Assembly: GCA_963676795.2 (NCBI GenBank)
Contig: CAXXTB010000002.1
Location: 2,176,001-2,240,000, forward strand
DNA: 64,000 bases
Origin: Geopsychrobacteraceae bacterium
GTDB lineage: Bacteria > Desulfobacterota > Desulfuromonadia > Desulfuromonadales > Geopsychrobacteraceae
Reading direction: 5' to 3'
Shown: positions 30,188-39,900 of the stretch, in pieces
Layout of the letters: each line of letters opens with the position of its first letter
Numbering within the stretch: the first letter of the stretch is position 1
Notes under the pieces: generated by a model
Database searches by the model: none
The model's input: only the letters and a program-made list of their open reading frames with translations
Told to the model about the DNA's origin: nothing
Made by a program: the position numbers and the translations under genes

Positions 30188-30695
30188 AGTTCCTTGATCC
30201 CGCAACAGACAAGCACTTCGAATATTCCCACAAAGACTTTTTTGACCTCAAAATAGAATAATACTATTAATCGAGGCTCTGCTGTGAAGATGCTGTTACT
30301 TTTTGAAGTGAAAAACTTACCGTTCCTTCATTCCCCGTTACTGGGCAAGCTGTAAAAATCTGATTCTTTTCAACATTCCGAAAAAAAACCGCAAAAATCT
30401 GTGTACAATCATAAAGGTCTCTTGGGAAGCATTAAAGTTGCATAAGCGTTTTATCAACTTTTGCAATTTTTTTTTTATTTCTGCAAAGAAACTGGATTGT
30501 TTTAGATGTATGTTTTTAGCGCATTGAAAGTTTATCAGCCAAGGACCAGACCGTTTAAAGCGCAGGTCAGAATCAGGCAGTTTTTCATATAGGCTTCACG
30601 ACGAAGCGAATTCAAAGACGAAAGGAGTGCGAACTCAGGCAGACCAGTAACGCATCACATCATCGTAGTTAATCTATTAACTGTAAGGAGGATGT

Positions 30696-33287
30696 ATGGC
30701 TAAGAAAAGCCCCGAAGATGTTTTAGGCAAGACGCTGATCAGGGATATCAGCTTCTGCGGTGTCCCCGAGAACGGCTCCAATGCCTCTATGGTCGATGTC
30801 AAAGATGGCAAGATCCTGCGTATCAGACCGATGCGTTATGACTGGAAATACGATCCTGAAAAGGATATGAACCCCTGGAAGTTCGAAGCGCGCGGCAAAA
30901 CCTTTGAGCCGAGCATGAAAACCCTTATCCCCCCCTATTCTATTGCCTATAAAAAACGTGTCTATTCCCCAGCCCGCATCCGCTACCCGATGAAGCGTAT
31001 CGACTTCGACCCGAACGGCGAACGCAACCCGCAGAACCGCGGCAAGAGCAAGTATGTGCGCATCTCCTGGGATGAAGCCCTCGATATCATCGTCAGCGAG
31101 ATGGAACGGATCAAGGCCACCTACGGCCCGACAGCTCTGCTCTACCAGTGTGACCAGCACGGTGAGAACAAGGTCGTCCAGGCCTGCCACGGTGCCGGCC
31201 GCAAGCTGCTGCGCAAGTGGGGCGGCTTCACCCTGCAGATCCGCCAGCCGGACAGCTGGGAAGGCTGGTGGTGGGGGAGCAAGCACTTCTGGGGCTGCGA
31301 ACCGGTCGGCCAGGGGATGCAGAGCAACCTGCTCTACGACATCGCCCAGAACACCGAACTGCTGCTGTTCTGGGGCTGCGACCAGGAGACCACCCCCTGG
31401 GGCTGGCAGGGGCAGCTCCCCTCGCGCCTGAGCTACTGGTACACCGAACTCGGCATCAAGCAGATCTATGTCTGCCCTGACGTCAACTACGCCGCCGCCG
31501 TCCATGCCGACCGCTGGATTCCTGTCCTGCCGAACACCGATGCCGCCCTCTACCTGGCGATCTGCTACCACTGGTTCAAGCACGGCACCTACGACAAGGA
31601 ATATCTCGAAACCCACGCCATCGGCGTCGACAAGTTCGAAGCCTACGTCATGGGTGACGAAGACGGTATCCCGAAAACCCCGGAATGGGCCGCCGAGAAG
31701 TGCGGTGTGCCGTCGCGCACCATCAAAGCCCTGGCCGAAGAGTGGGCGAGCAAGCGTACCACGGTCGTCATCGGTAACGGCGGCCCCGGCATCAGGGGAC
31801 CATACGCGACCGAACCGGCCCGCCTGCAGTGTATCTGCCTGGCCATGCAGGGCCTTGGCAAGCCGGGCTGCAACCAGGCCAAGATGATCGAATGGGGCTT
31901 GTTCGACAAGCCGGATCAGTACGCCCAGCCCAAACCGCTGCGCGTCCCTTACCTGCGCAAGGCCTACACCGGCGGACATCCGGACGAATCGAACCATCCG
32001 TCCTTCCTGCCTAAGACCTTCATCCCCAAGGCGATCCTCGAAGGCAAGTGCGACTGGTACGGCTGTGAATCGGAAACCGCCAACCGCACCAACCAGTTCG
32101 TCCATTACAAGTATCCGGCTGAAGGCTGCTCCAAGATCCACATGGTCTGGACCGATTCGCCCTCCTGGATCACCTGCTGGAACTCCGGCAACGACTACAT
32201 CAAGGCGATGCGCCACGAGGATATCGAGTTCATCTTCGCCCAGCACCCCTGGATGGAGAACGATTGCCACATGGCCGACATCATCCTGCCGGTCAACACC
32301 AAGCTCGAAGAGGACGATATCGCCGCCGATATCTTCAGCGGCCAGTACAACCTGCTCTTCCCCGAGCACAAGTGTATTGAACCCTTAGGCGAGTCCTATT
32401 CCGACTACGAGATCGCCTGCATGATCGCCGAGCGCCTGGGCTTGCTCGAAGAGTACACCGAAGGCAAATCGATCCCTGACCTGATCAAGTACGGCTGGGA
32501 GACCTCACGCTGTGCCGACCTGATCAGCTGGGAAGAGTTGAATGAAAAAGGCTATTACGTGGTGCCAACGGCCGAGAACTGGGAAGACGTTCCGGCCGGA
32601 TTCTACAACTTCTACAAGGATCCGAAGAAGTATCCGCTGACCACCCCGAGCGGGCTGCTCGAATTCGAATCGACCGGACTGGCTCAGCATTTCCCGGATG
32701 ACAAGGAACGTCCGCCGGTGCCGAAGTGGGTGGCCAAGGGACCACTCCACGAAGAAACCCTGGAAACCGAGCGCGGCAAGAAATACCCGCTCCTGGTCGT
32801 TTCCAACCACCCGCGCTGGAGTGTCCACTCCCAGCACGAGGACATCACCTGGTTGCGTGAGATCGAAACCTGCAAGGTCACCGGCCCCGACGGTTACCAG
32901 TATCATCCGGTCTGGCTCAACCCGCAGACCGCCGAGAAATACGGCATCAAGAACGGCGACATCGTCTCGATCTTCAACGAGCGCGGTACCGTGCTGGCCG
33001 GGGCCTATGTCACCGAGCGGATCATGCCGGAGGTTGTCTACATCGATCACGGTGCCAAGTGGGATCCGATCGTCTCCGGAGAGATCGACCGCGGCGGCGC
33101 GATCAATACCATCGTCCCGCGTAACGTCACCTCGAAGAATGCGGTCGGCCACGCCGTCTCCGGCTTCCTGGTCGATATCGAGAAGACCGACCTCGAGGGC
33201 CTGAAGCGCAAATATCCTGAAGCATTTGAACGGCCATTCCATCCGACGGCCGGTCCTGGCATTGATGCAGTGATAGGAGGTAAATAA
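30696..33287 (+). CDS. Mo-bis-PGD enzyme, pyrogallol transhydroxylase (AthL)-like large subunit
   Basis: WKFEARGKTF, FDPNGERNPQNRG, PDSWEGWWWG (Ser ligand), DGIPKTPEWA, TTPSGLLEFES, DHGAKWDP; no N-terminal Fe-S motif, no Tat signal. Confidence 0.88.
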   Translation: MAKKSPEDVLGKTLIRDISFCGVPENGSNASMVDVKDGKILRIRPMRYDWKYDPEKDMNPWKFEARGKTFEPSMKTLIPPYSIAYKKRVYSPARIRYPMKRIDFDPNGERNPQNRGKSKYVRISWDEALDIIVSEMERIKATYGPTALLYQCDQHGENKVVQACHGAGRKLLRKWGGFTLQIRQPDSWEGWWWGSKHFWGCEPVGQGMQSNLLYDIAQNTELLLFWGCDQETTPWGWQGQLPSRLSYWYTELGIKQIYVCPDVNYAAAVHADRWIPVLPNTDAALYLAICYHWFKHGTYDKEYLETHAIGVDKFEAYVMGDEDGIPKTPEWAAEKCGVPSRTIKALAEEWASKRTTVVIGNGGPGIRGPYATEPARLQCICLAMQGLGKPGCNQAKMIEWGLFDKPDQYAQPKPLRVPYLRKAYTGGHPDESNHPSFLPKTFIPKAILEGKCDWYGCESETANRTNQFVHYKYPAEGCSKIHMVWTDSPSWITCWNSGNDYIKAMRHEDIEFIFAQHPWMENDCHMADIILPVNTKLEEDDIAADIFSGQYNLLFPEHKCIEPLGESYSDYEIACMIAERLGLLEEYTEGKSIPDLIKYGWETSRCADLISWEELNEKGYYVVPTAENWEDVPAGFYNFYKDPKKYPLTTPSGLLEFESTGLAQHFPDDKERPPVPKWVAKGPLHEETLETERGKKYPLLVVSNHPRWSVHSQHEDITWLREIETCKVTGPDGYQYHPVWLNPQTAEKYGIKNGDIVSIFNERGTVLAGAYVTERIMPEVVYIDHGAKWDPIVSGEIDRGGAINTIVPRNVTSKNAVGHAVSGFLVDIEKTDLEGLKRKYPEAFERPFHPTAGPGIDAVIGGK

Positions 33288-34114
33288 TGGGCAAGGTGAT
33301 GATTCTCGACTACAACAAGTGTAACGGCTGCTACAACTGCCAGGTGGCCTGCAAGGATGAACATGTCGGCAACGACTGGTCACCGATCGCCAGACCCCAG
33401 CCCGACACCGGTCAGTTCTGGAACAGGATCAGGGACAACGTCCGTGGCCAGGTGCCGAAGGTGCGGGTCACCTACGAACACTCCATGTGCCAGCACTGCG
33501 AGGAGGCCCCCTGCATCGACGCCTGTAACAATCAGGCGATCTACAAGCGCGACGACGGCATCATCATCATCGATCCGGACAAGTGCGGCGGCCACCAGAT
33601 GTGCATCTCGGCCTGTCCTTACGACGATGTGCTTTACTTCAACGACTCGCTGAACATCATGCAGAAGTGCACCATGTGCGCCCATCTGCTCGATGTCGGG
33701 GAGATTCCCCGCTGCGTCGACGCCTGCCCGACCGATGCGATGGTCTTCGGTGACGAGGATGATCCGAAGATCAAGGCGCTGATCGCCCAGGCCGAACCGC
33801 TCAAACCTGAAGCCGACGTCAAACCACGCGTTTTCTACATCGGCCTGCCGAAACGTTTCATCGCCGGGGCGGTCTACGATCCGGCCGAAGACAGGTGCAC
33901 CCTGGGCGCCAAGGTCACCGCCACCAACCTGGCCACCGGGGCCGTAGAAACCGTGGAGACCGACAGTTACGGTGACTTCTGGTTCAACAAGCTGGAGAAG
34001 GGTGAGTACTCGGTGCTGATCGAAAAAGACGGCTACCGCGATCAGTTCATAAGCCCCGTCGATGTCAGCGAAAAAGATCTCAACATCGGCGATATCAAAA
34101 TGTTCAAGAAGTAA
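33287..34114 (+). CDS. Transhydroxylase beta (BthL)-like Fe-S subunit with C-terminal beta-sandwich domain
   Basis: CNGCYNCQVACKDEHVGNDW, QPDTGQFW, CQHCEEAPC, PRCVDACP, C-terminal TDSYGDFWF..L..GEY. Confidence 0.88.
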   Translation: MGKVMILDYNKCNGCYNCQVACKDEHVGNDWSPIARPQPDTGQFWNRIRDNVRGQVPKVRVTYEHSMCQHCEEAPCIDACNNQAIYKRDDGIIIIDPDKCGGHQMCISACPYDDVLYFNDSLNIMQKCTMCAHLLDVGEIPRCVDACPTDAMVFGDEDDPKIKALIAQAEPLKPEADVKPRVFYIGLPKRFIAGAVYDPAEDRCTLGAKVTATNLATGAVETVETDSYGDFWFNKLEKGEYSVLIEKDGYRDQFISPVDVSEKDLNIGDIKMFKK

Positions 34115-34127
34115 CAACAGCAAAACT

Positions 34128-34158
34128 GGGGAGCCGCAATGCTGCGGCTCCCCTTTTT
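34128..34158 (+). terminator. Rho-independent terminator
   Basis: ggggagccgca-atgc-tgcggctcccc followed by a T run. Confidence 0.85.
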
Positions 34159-34203
34159 GTCTTAACGGCCTGCTCATCCACACCTGGCCGTAACATCAAA
34201 GCT

Positions 34204-35760
34204 TCATTTCGGATCCGTCATCTGCCCAATACTGGCCGATTCAAACATTTCCGCCATTGTCTCGTGATCGTAGACCTGGATATGCCCCTTGCCATGTTTC
34301 TTGGCGTAATACATCGCAGCATCAGCGTGCTCCAGCAAGTCCCCCAGTTCCTTGGCATCCAGCGGATAGAGCGAAATCCCCACACTGCCAGCCACAGTAA
34401 TCTTGTGCCCTTCAACCACCTGGGGCTCAATCAAACGCCGGAGTAGCTCTTCGACAAGAGGAATGACATCTTTTCTGCCATGAACCTGTTCAATCAACAG
34501 AACAAACTCGTCACCACCGATACGGGCAACAGTATCAATCCCCCGGACACCCGACTGCAGAACCTGGCCGACATTTTTCAGGACCAGATCTCCGATTCGG
34601 TGCCCCAGGGAATCGTTGATCTCCTTAAAGCCATCGAGATCGAGCAGAACAACCGCAAGTTTCTGACTGAACCGTTTGGCCCGTTCAATCCCTTTCTGAA
34701 TCTGACTCTGCAGATAGGTACGATTCGGCAAACCGGTCAGAACATCGTAAAGGGCAAGGTATTCGAGACGGCTCGCTCCTTCCTTGAGAGCTGAAATATC
34801 GCGAATAATAGCGACATGCCGGCAGATCTTACCCGAGTCATCTCGGATAAGAAAAATATAACTCAACTGATAGTAGACCGAACCATCCTTGCGACGGTTG
34901 ATGAACTCACCTGTCCAATGATCTTTTTTGTAAAGGTCTCGCCAGAAGTTTTCATAAAAAAGCGGTTCAAGATGTGTTGATTTCAGGATAGACGGAGTAT
35001 GCCCCTTGATATCTTCCTCACTGTAACCGGTAATCTTTTCAAAGGCCGGGTTCAGATCGACAACCTTGTTATCCCGATCGGTAATCATGATCCCGTCATG
35101 GGTATTGCTGAAGAGTTCCTGAAAAACCTGAAGATGTTCTGTCTGCTTTTTGACGATCGCATCGATGCGGGCTTGTTCTATATTGGCTGTGCGTAAGGCT
35201 GGACGCAAGATAAACAGGGCTTCCAAAATCAGAGTCAACAGGGAACCGCTGAGAATATACCCCTCAAGACGCATCAGCCGGGCTGTTTTAGTATCGCTTT
35301 CCTGCTCGAAAGCGGCAACAGCTCCATCCAGTTCTGGCAACAAGCGGTTCGAATAATCCTGAACCTGATCCGCCAATTCCATATCCGGAGCAGCCAGATA
35401 GAGATCAAGCAATTCAAAATAACCGTTTACCTTGCTATCGAGCGCATCAGGAAAATAAAGCGCCCTGATCTTCGCTGAAGGAAGATGATCAACAAGATAG
35501 AGGTGATCCCTCTGCATCAGTTCCTTGAGTTCAACCAGGGCAATGAGATCAGCCTCATTCCTGCTCTGTAAATAATGATAGGCATAGAGCGACGTGCGCT
35601 GCGACAGCATTCGCTGCTTGCCGCTGACGTTGATCAATTCGGCATACTGCTGCTGCCCCTTGATCTGGGTCGACATGGTGATATAAGCAAAAACAGCCCA
35701 CATCGCCAGCAGACCAAAGCAGATCAGGTATGCCTGAGTCAATGTCAAGAATCTGCCCAT
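34204..35760 (-). CDS. Diguanylate cyclase with NarX/PilJ-type periplasmic sensor and PAS
   Basis: INVSGKQRMLSQR P-box-like motif between two TMs; PAS NPAFEKITGYS; DVLTGLPNR, RGID I-site, GGDEF. Confidence 0.9.
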   Translation of the reverse strand: MGRFLTLTQAYLICFGLLAMWAVFAYITMSTQIKGQQQYAELINVSGKQRMLSQRTSLYAYHYLQSRNEADLIALVELKELMQRDHLYLVDHLPSAKIRALYFPDALDSKVNGYFELLDLYLAAPDMELADQVQDYSNRLLPELDGAVAAFEQESDTKTARLMRLEGYILSGSLLTLILEALFILRPALRTANIEQARIDAIVKKQTEHLQVFQELFSNTHDGIMITDRDNKVVDLNPAFEKITGYSEEDIKGHTPSILKSTHLEPLFYENFWRDLYKKDHWTGEFINRRKDGSVYYQLSYIFLIRDDSGKICRHVAIIRDISALKEGASRLEYLALYDVLTGLPNRTYLQSQIQKGIERAKRFSQKLAVVLLDLDGFKEINDSLGHRIGDLVLKNVGQVLQSGVRGIDTVARIGGDEFVLLIEQVHGRKDVIPLVEELLRRLIEPQVVEGHKITVAGSVGISLYPLDAKELGDLLEHADAAMYYAKKHGKGHIQVYDHETMAEMFESASIGQMTDPK

Positions 35761-35842
35761 AAGACATCCGATAAAAAAAGGATGATTAATTTTACCCCAG
35801 AATCGGTCGATTGGTAGCTGGGCAGACGCGTAGAGTCGCTGT

Positions 35843-36241
35843 TTATCTGACTTTTTTCAGGGTTTGATCGTTCAGGTCAACCTGACGGTAAAAGCAACTC
35901 GTTCTGGCCTGACCTGTCTTAGGGTCTTTGGTGTGACAGGCGCCCGCCCCCTGCGGCTCAACCCGGTAGATCAAGGCGTCCTGGTCACAATCGGTGAGGA
36001 TCTCGACGACCTTGAGGAAATCCCCGGAGGTCTCGCCCTTGGTCCAGAGCGCGTTCCGGGATGTCGACCAGAAGGTCGCCATCCCTTTGGCCAAGGTGGT
36101 TTCCAGCGCTGCGCTGTTGACATAGGCCAGCATCAGAATGCGGCCGTCGCGCACATCCTGGACCACGGTCGGCACCAGCCCCCCGCGCTTGTCAAAATCG
36201 ATCAGCAGTTCTGTTCCCTCTTCCAGCAGTTGTTTATCCAT
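35843..36241 (-). CDS. hisI: Phosphoribosyl-AMP cyclohydrolase
   Basis: FWSTSRNALWTKGETSG, DCDQDAL, GACHT, SCFYR. Confidence 0.93.
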   Translation of the reverse strand: MDKQLLEEGTELLIDFDKRGGLVPTVVQDVRDGRILMLAYVNSAALETTLAKGMATFWSTSRNALWTKGETSGDFLKVVEILTDCDQDALIYRVEPQGAGACHTKDPKTGQARTSCFYRQVDLNDQTLKKVR

Positions 36242-36587
36242 CAGCTCGTCTCCCTGCGACTGTTGCTTCGGTGATTACATATCTGCGTGCATAAGTTGTC
36301 CCCAGGCACTGTCAACCACGCCATTCTGCCATGCGAACAGACCGACAGCAATCAAACATTCGCTATCGCCACGCAAGCTTGAAATCGACAAAATCATGGT
36401 CTTTACCGAATCTTTAAAAGAACGCTATCAACGCTTCATGGCGGAGGGGTATGCTTAGTGCTACATAAACAGCTGAGAGTGAAAATGATATTTTGACATT
36501 TTTGCTCTTTATCATACCGATAGCCTTTAGTAATTTGTCTGTCGGGCAGGATACAGCCCTGAAGACAACCGGAGGAGAAATATCACG

Positions 36588-37277
36588 ATGTCAGGCCGCA
36601 CAAAAAAGATCCTGTTTTTCCTGGTCATTCTGATCCTGATCGGCCTGTTTTTTGTCTTCGATCTGCACCACTATCTGACCCTGGGCGAGCTCAAAGCGCG
36701 GCAGGAGGCCTTCAGCCAGTATTACAATGAGCATCAGCTGCTGAGCCTGGAGGTTTACTTTATCCTCTATGTCGTCGTAACCGCCCTGTCGCTGCCGGGA
36801 GCGGCAGTCATGTCGCTGGCCGGAGCGGCACTGTTCGGCTTCTGGCCGGCATTGGTCGTCGTCTCTTTTGCCAGCAGCATCGGTGCGACCCTCGCCTTCC
36901 TGATCAGCCGTTTTCTGCTACGCGACTGGGTTCAGGGACGTTTCGGTGAGCGCCTCAATGTCATCAACCAGGGAATCGCCCGGGAAGGGGCCTTCTACCT
37001 CTTTTCCCTGCGCCTGGTGCCGATCTTCCCCTTCTTTGTCATCAACCTGGTCTTTGGCCTGACCCCTCTTAAGACACGCACCTTCTACTGGGTCAGCCAG
37101 CTCGGCATGCTCGCCGGGACCATCGTCTTTATCAATGCCGGAACCCAGCTGGGCCAGATTGAATCCCTGGCGGGGATTCTGTCGCCGAAACTGTGGATCT
37201 CCTTCGTCATTCTCGGAATTTTCCCCCTGTTGTCTAAAAAACTGCTCGTTTTCTACAAACAGCGCAGGTCGCCATGA
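36588..37277 (+). CDS. TVP38/TMEM64 (VTT) membrane protein
   Basis: VTALSLPGA, GATLAFLISR, LRLVPIFPFFVIN, SQLGMLAGT. Confidence 0.9.
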   Translation: MSGRTKKILFFLVILILIGLFFVFDLHHYLTLGELKARQEAFSQYYNEHQLLSLEVYFILYVVVTALSLPGAAVMSLAGAALFGFWPALVVVSFASSIGATLAFLISRFLLRDWVQGRFGERLNVINQGIAREGAFYLFSLRLVPIFPFFVINLVFGLTPLKTRTFYWVSQLGMLAGTIVFINAGTQLGQIESLAGILSPKLWISFVILGIFPLLSKKLLVFYKQRRSP

Positions 37278-38728
37278 AATATGCGAAGCCGAAACACTTT
37301 GATTACAATCTGGTCGTCATCGGTGCCGGTAGCGCCGGGCTGGTCTCCGCCTATATTGCCGCAGCGGTAAAAGCCAAAGTTTTATTGATTGAGAAACACA
37401 GGATGGGGGGCGACTGCCTGAACACTGGCTGCGTCCCGAGTAAAGCCCTGCTCCGCAGCGCCAAGCTCCTCAACTACGGACGCCGGGCCAAGGAGTTCGG
37501 ATTTTCCAGGACAACGACAGAATTCGATTTCAGCGAGGTCATGGCGCGGGTCAGGCGGGTCATCAAGGAGATCGAACCGCACGATTCGATCGAGCGTTAC
37601 ACTCAGCTCGGGGTCGAATGTATCAAGGGGGAAGCGAAGCTCCTCAGCCCTTACCAGGTCGAGGTCAATGGCCGGGTTCTGACCACCCGCAGCATCATCA
37701 TCGCCAGCGGGGCCTCCCCCTTCATTCCACCGCTGCCGGGACTCGACCGGATCGACTACCTGACCTCCGAGAATCTCTGGGAACTTGAGGAGCTGCCGCA
37801 ACGGCTCGTCGTCCTCGGTGGCGGACCGATCGGTTGCGAGATGACCCAGGCATTTGCCCGCTTCGGCAGTTCAGTCACCCAGGTGGAAATGGCCGAGCGC
37901 CTGATGATCCGCGAAGACCCGGAGGTTTCAGACTTCATCAGCGCATGCTTTCAAGCTGAAGGAGTCCGCGTCCTGACCGGCCACAGGGCCAGGGAGATCA
38001 GGCAAAAGGGTGCGGAAAAATACCTGATCTGCGCGTATCAGGGGAGTGAAGTCGTCATCCCCTTTGATGCCATACTGATCGCCGTCGGTCGCAAAGCGAA
38101 TGTGAGCGGCTTTGGCCTGGAACAACTCGGGGTGCGGATCAGCGACTCAGGAACCATCGCGACCGATCCGCTGTTAAGAACCAATATCCCCAATATCTAC
38201 TGTGCCGGCGACGTGGCCGGTCCCTACCAGTTCACCCATACGGCGTCCCACCAGGCCTGGTACGCCACCGTTAATGCCCTGTTCAGACCGTTGAAAAGCT
38301 TTCGTGTCGACTACCGGGTCATTCCCTGGGTCACCTTTACCGACCCGGAGGTGGCCAGGGCCGGTCTCAACGAAGAAGAGGCGCGCAACCGGGGGATCGA
38401 CGTCGAAATAACCCGCTACCAGCTGAGTGAACTCGACAGGGCTATCGCCGAAGGGGAAAATCAGGGATTTATCAAGGTGATCACACCGCGTGGTAAAGAC
38501 AGGATTCTCGGCGCAACCATCGTCGGCCCGCACGCCGGTGAGAGCCTGGCTGAATTTGTCCTGGCCATGAAGCACGGCATCGGCCTGAACAAGATTCTCG
38601 CGACCATTCACCCCTACCCCACCCTGACTGAAGGAAACAAAGCCCTCGCCGGAATCTGGAGAAAGAATCATGCTCCTGAGCAACTGCTGAACTGGCTTGA
38701 AAAATTTCATAGCTGGCGGCGTCGATAA
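37274..38728 (+). CDS. Pyridine nucleotide-disulfide oxidoreductase (Lpd/MerA-like family)
   Basis: IGAGSAG, GGDCLNTGCVPSK redox disulfide, GGGPIGCE, FTDPEVA, HPYPT. Confidence 0.92.
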   Translation: MKYAKPKHFDYNLVVIGAGSAGLVSAYIAAAVKAKVLLIEKHRMGGDCLNTGCVPSKALLRSAKLLNYGRRAKEFGFSRTTTEFDFSEVMARVRRVIKEIEPHDSIERYTQLGVECIKGEAKLLSPYQVEVNGRVLTTRSIIIASGASPFIPPLPGLDRIDYLTSENLWELEELPQRLVVLGGGPIGCEMTQAFARFGSSVTQVEMAERLMIREDPEVSDFISACFQAEGVRVLTGHRAREIRQKGAEKYLICAYQGSEVVIPFDAILIAVGRKANVSGFGLEQLGVRISDSGTIATDPLLRTNIPNIYCAGDVAGPYQFTHTASHQAWYATVNALFRPLKSFRVDYRVIPWVTFTDPEVARAGLNEEEARNRGIDVEITRYQLSELDRAIAEGENQGFIKVITPRGKDRILGATIVGPHAGESLAEFVLAMKHGIGLNKILATIHPYPTLTEGNKALAGIWRKNHAPEQLLNWLEKFHSWRRR

Positions 38729-38752
38729 GTCCCCCGGACCGTCCAACTCCCC

Positions 38753-38788
38753 CTGCAATTTTTCTTGCAATATCAAAAAAAATTGCAG
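38753..38788. promoter_or_regulatory. Inverted repeat, putative upstream activator site
   Basis: ctgcaattttt-N14-aaaaattgcag with an internal TTGCAA. Confidence 0.5.
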
Positions 38789-38904
38789 AGATAAAAACCC
38801 ACGCACTCTCAACGAGTTAAAGCGTATTTCATTCTATTTTATCAATATTCCTTGCACCCCTTTCAAATCTCCCGAAACCATTCCACCCCCGGATATTCAT
38901 CTAA

Positions 38905-38917
38905 TATCAACAACTTA
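38905..38917 (+). promoter_or_regulatory. IHF binding site
   Basis: TATCAA-caac-TTA exactly matches WATCAANNNNTTR. Confidence 0.6.
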
Positions 38918-38933
38918 AACATGTTTTATTAGC

Positions 38934-38949
38934 TGGCACAAATCATGTA
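38934..38949 (+). promoter_or_regulatory. sigma54 (-24/-12)-like promoter
   Basis: TGGCAC-aaatc-ATGTA: perfect -24 element, variant -12 (GT for GC). Confidence 0.55.
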
Positions 38950-38977
38950 ATAAGGAAATGGTAATTAACATTTTTTC

Positions 38978-39373
38978 ATGGAGCCCGCTATGGGGAAAAT
39001 TCTCTTCTTCGAATCCAGAGACGACAGATTACGCCCCCTGCTTCAGCTGATGAGCATAGAGGGGCTCGAGATTACCCGTTCGAGAACCGTTGACGAAACC
39101 TGCTACTGGCTCCAGGCCGATAAGTTGCGTCTCGTATCTTTCGATTTATTACTGCTGAATGAACTACCGGCGAAAGAGCGTGAAAGGGAGATGATTCTCA
39201 GCTTAGCCGACGAATGCACCTTGCCGATCATCTTCGTCCGCCACCAGGGGCGGCACTTCGAAGATTGGTTCAGGGAAAAGATGATTACTTGCCACCCATC
39301 TGAACTTCTCGATTGTTTGGATTTATGTCTTGGATGGTCGGAAAACTTAACCAAAAAGGAGAACACGTTATGA
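38978..39373 (+). CDS. Degenerate receiver-like protein
   Basis: KILFFES..., FDLLLLN, LPIIFV receiver-like strand pattern with Asn at the phospho-Asp position; ATGA-coupled to cheW. Confidence 0.55.
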   Translation: MEPAMGKILFFESRDDRLRPLLQLMSIEGLEITRSRTVDETCYWLQADKLRLVSFDLLLLNELPAKEREREMILSLADECTLPIIFVRHQGRHFEDWFREKMITCHPSELLDCLDLCLGWSENLTKKENTL

Positions 39374-39861
39374 CTCAAGCCGCCGTGGCACAGCGCATTG
39401 CCGACCTGGACTCACAGGACAGCATGCAGGGAATGTATCTGACCTTTGATCTTGCTGATGAAGGCTATGGTCTGGAAATTCGCTACGTGACTGAAATCAT
39501 CGGTATACAGCCGGTGACTTTCGTGCCGAGTATGCCGGAGCATGTGATCGGGGTTCTGAATCTTCGCGGCAAGGTGATTCCCATTATCGACGTCAGGCTC
39601 CGCTTTCAGCTCGAGGCAAGGGATTACGATGAAAGAACCTGCATTGTCGTTGTCAATGTCGGCGACGACTGCGTTGGACTGGTTGTCGATAAAGTCAATG
39701 AAGTGGTCGATATCCCCGAGTCGCAGATCGAACCGCCACCGGCAACGGCACGCCGGGAAAACAGCTATATCCAGGGGCTGGGAAAACTCAACACCAATGT
39801 GAAGATCCTTATTGATATCGAAGCCTTACTTGCAGAAGAAGAACTACAGGACTGTGCCTGA
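39370..39861 (+). CDS. cheW: Chemotaxis coupling protein CheW
   Basis: YLTFDLADEGYGLEI, GVLNLRGKVIPIID, VGLVVDKVNEV. Confidence 0.93.
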   Translation: MTQAAVAQRIADLDSQDSMQGMYLTFDLADEGYGLEIRYVTEIIGIQPVTFVPSMPEHVIGVLNLRGKVIPIIDVRLRFQLEARDYDERTCIVVVNVGDDCVGLVVDKVNEVVDIPESQIEPPPATARRENSYIQGLGKLNTNVKILIDIEALLAEEELQDCA

Positions 39862-39900
39862 ACCACTAACAACATCATTTCTTAAGAGAAAGGGCAGACA

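Noticed and set aside
30540..30695. Moco/Wco or c-di-GMP riboswitch upstream of the Mo enzyme
   Set aside because: Only a short hairpin is present (gcttc-acgac-gaagc), and I could not match conserved riboswitch motifs by eye. An Infernal/Rfam scan would be decisive.
37274..38728. Mercuric reductase merA
   Set aside because: There is no C-terminal vicinal Cys pair, no NmerA domain and no mer genes nearby.
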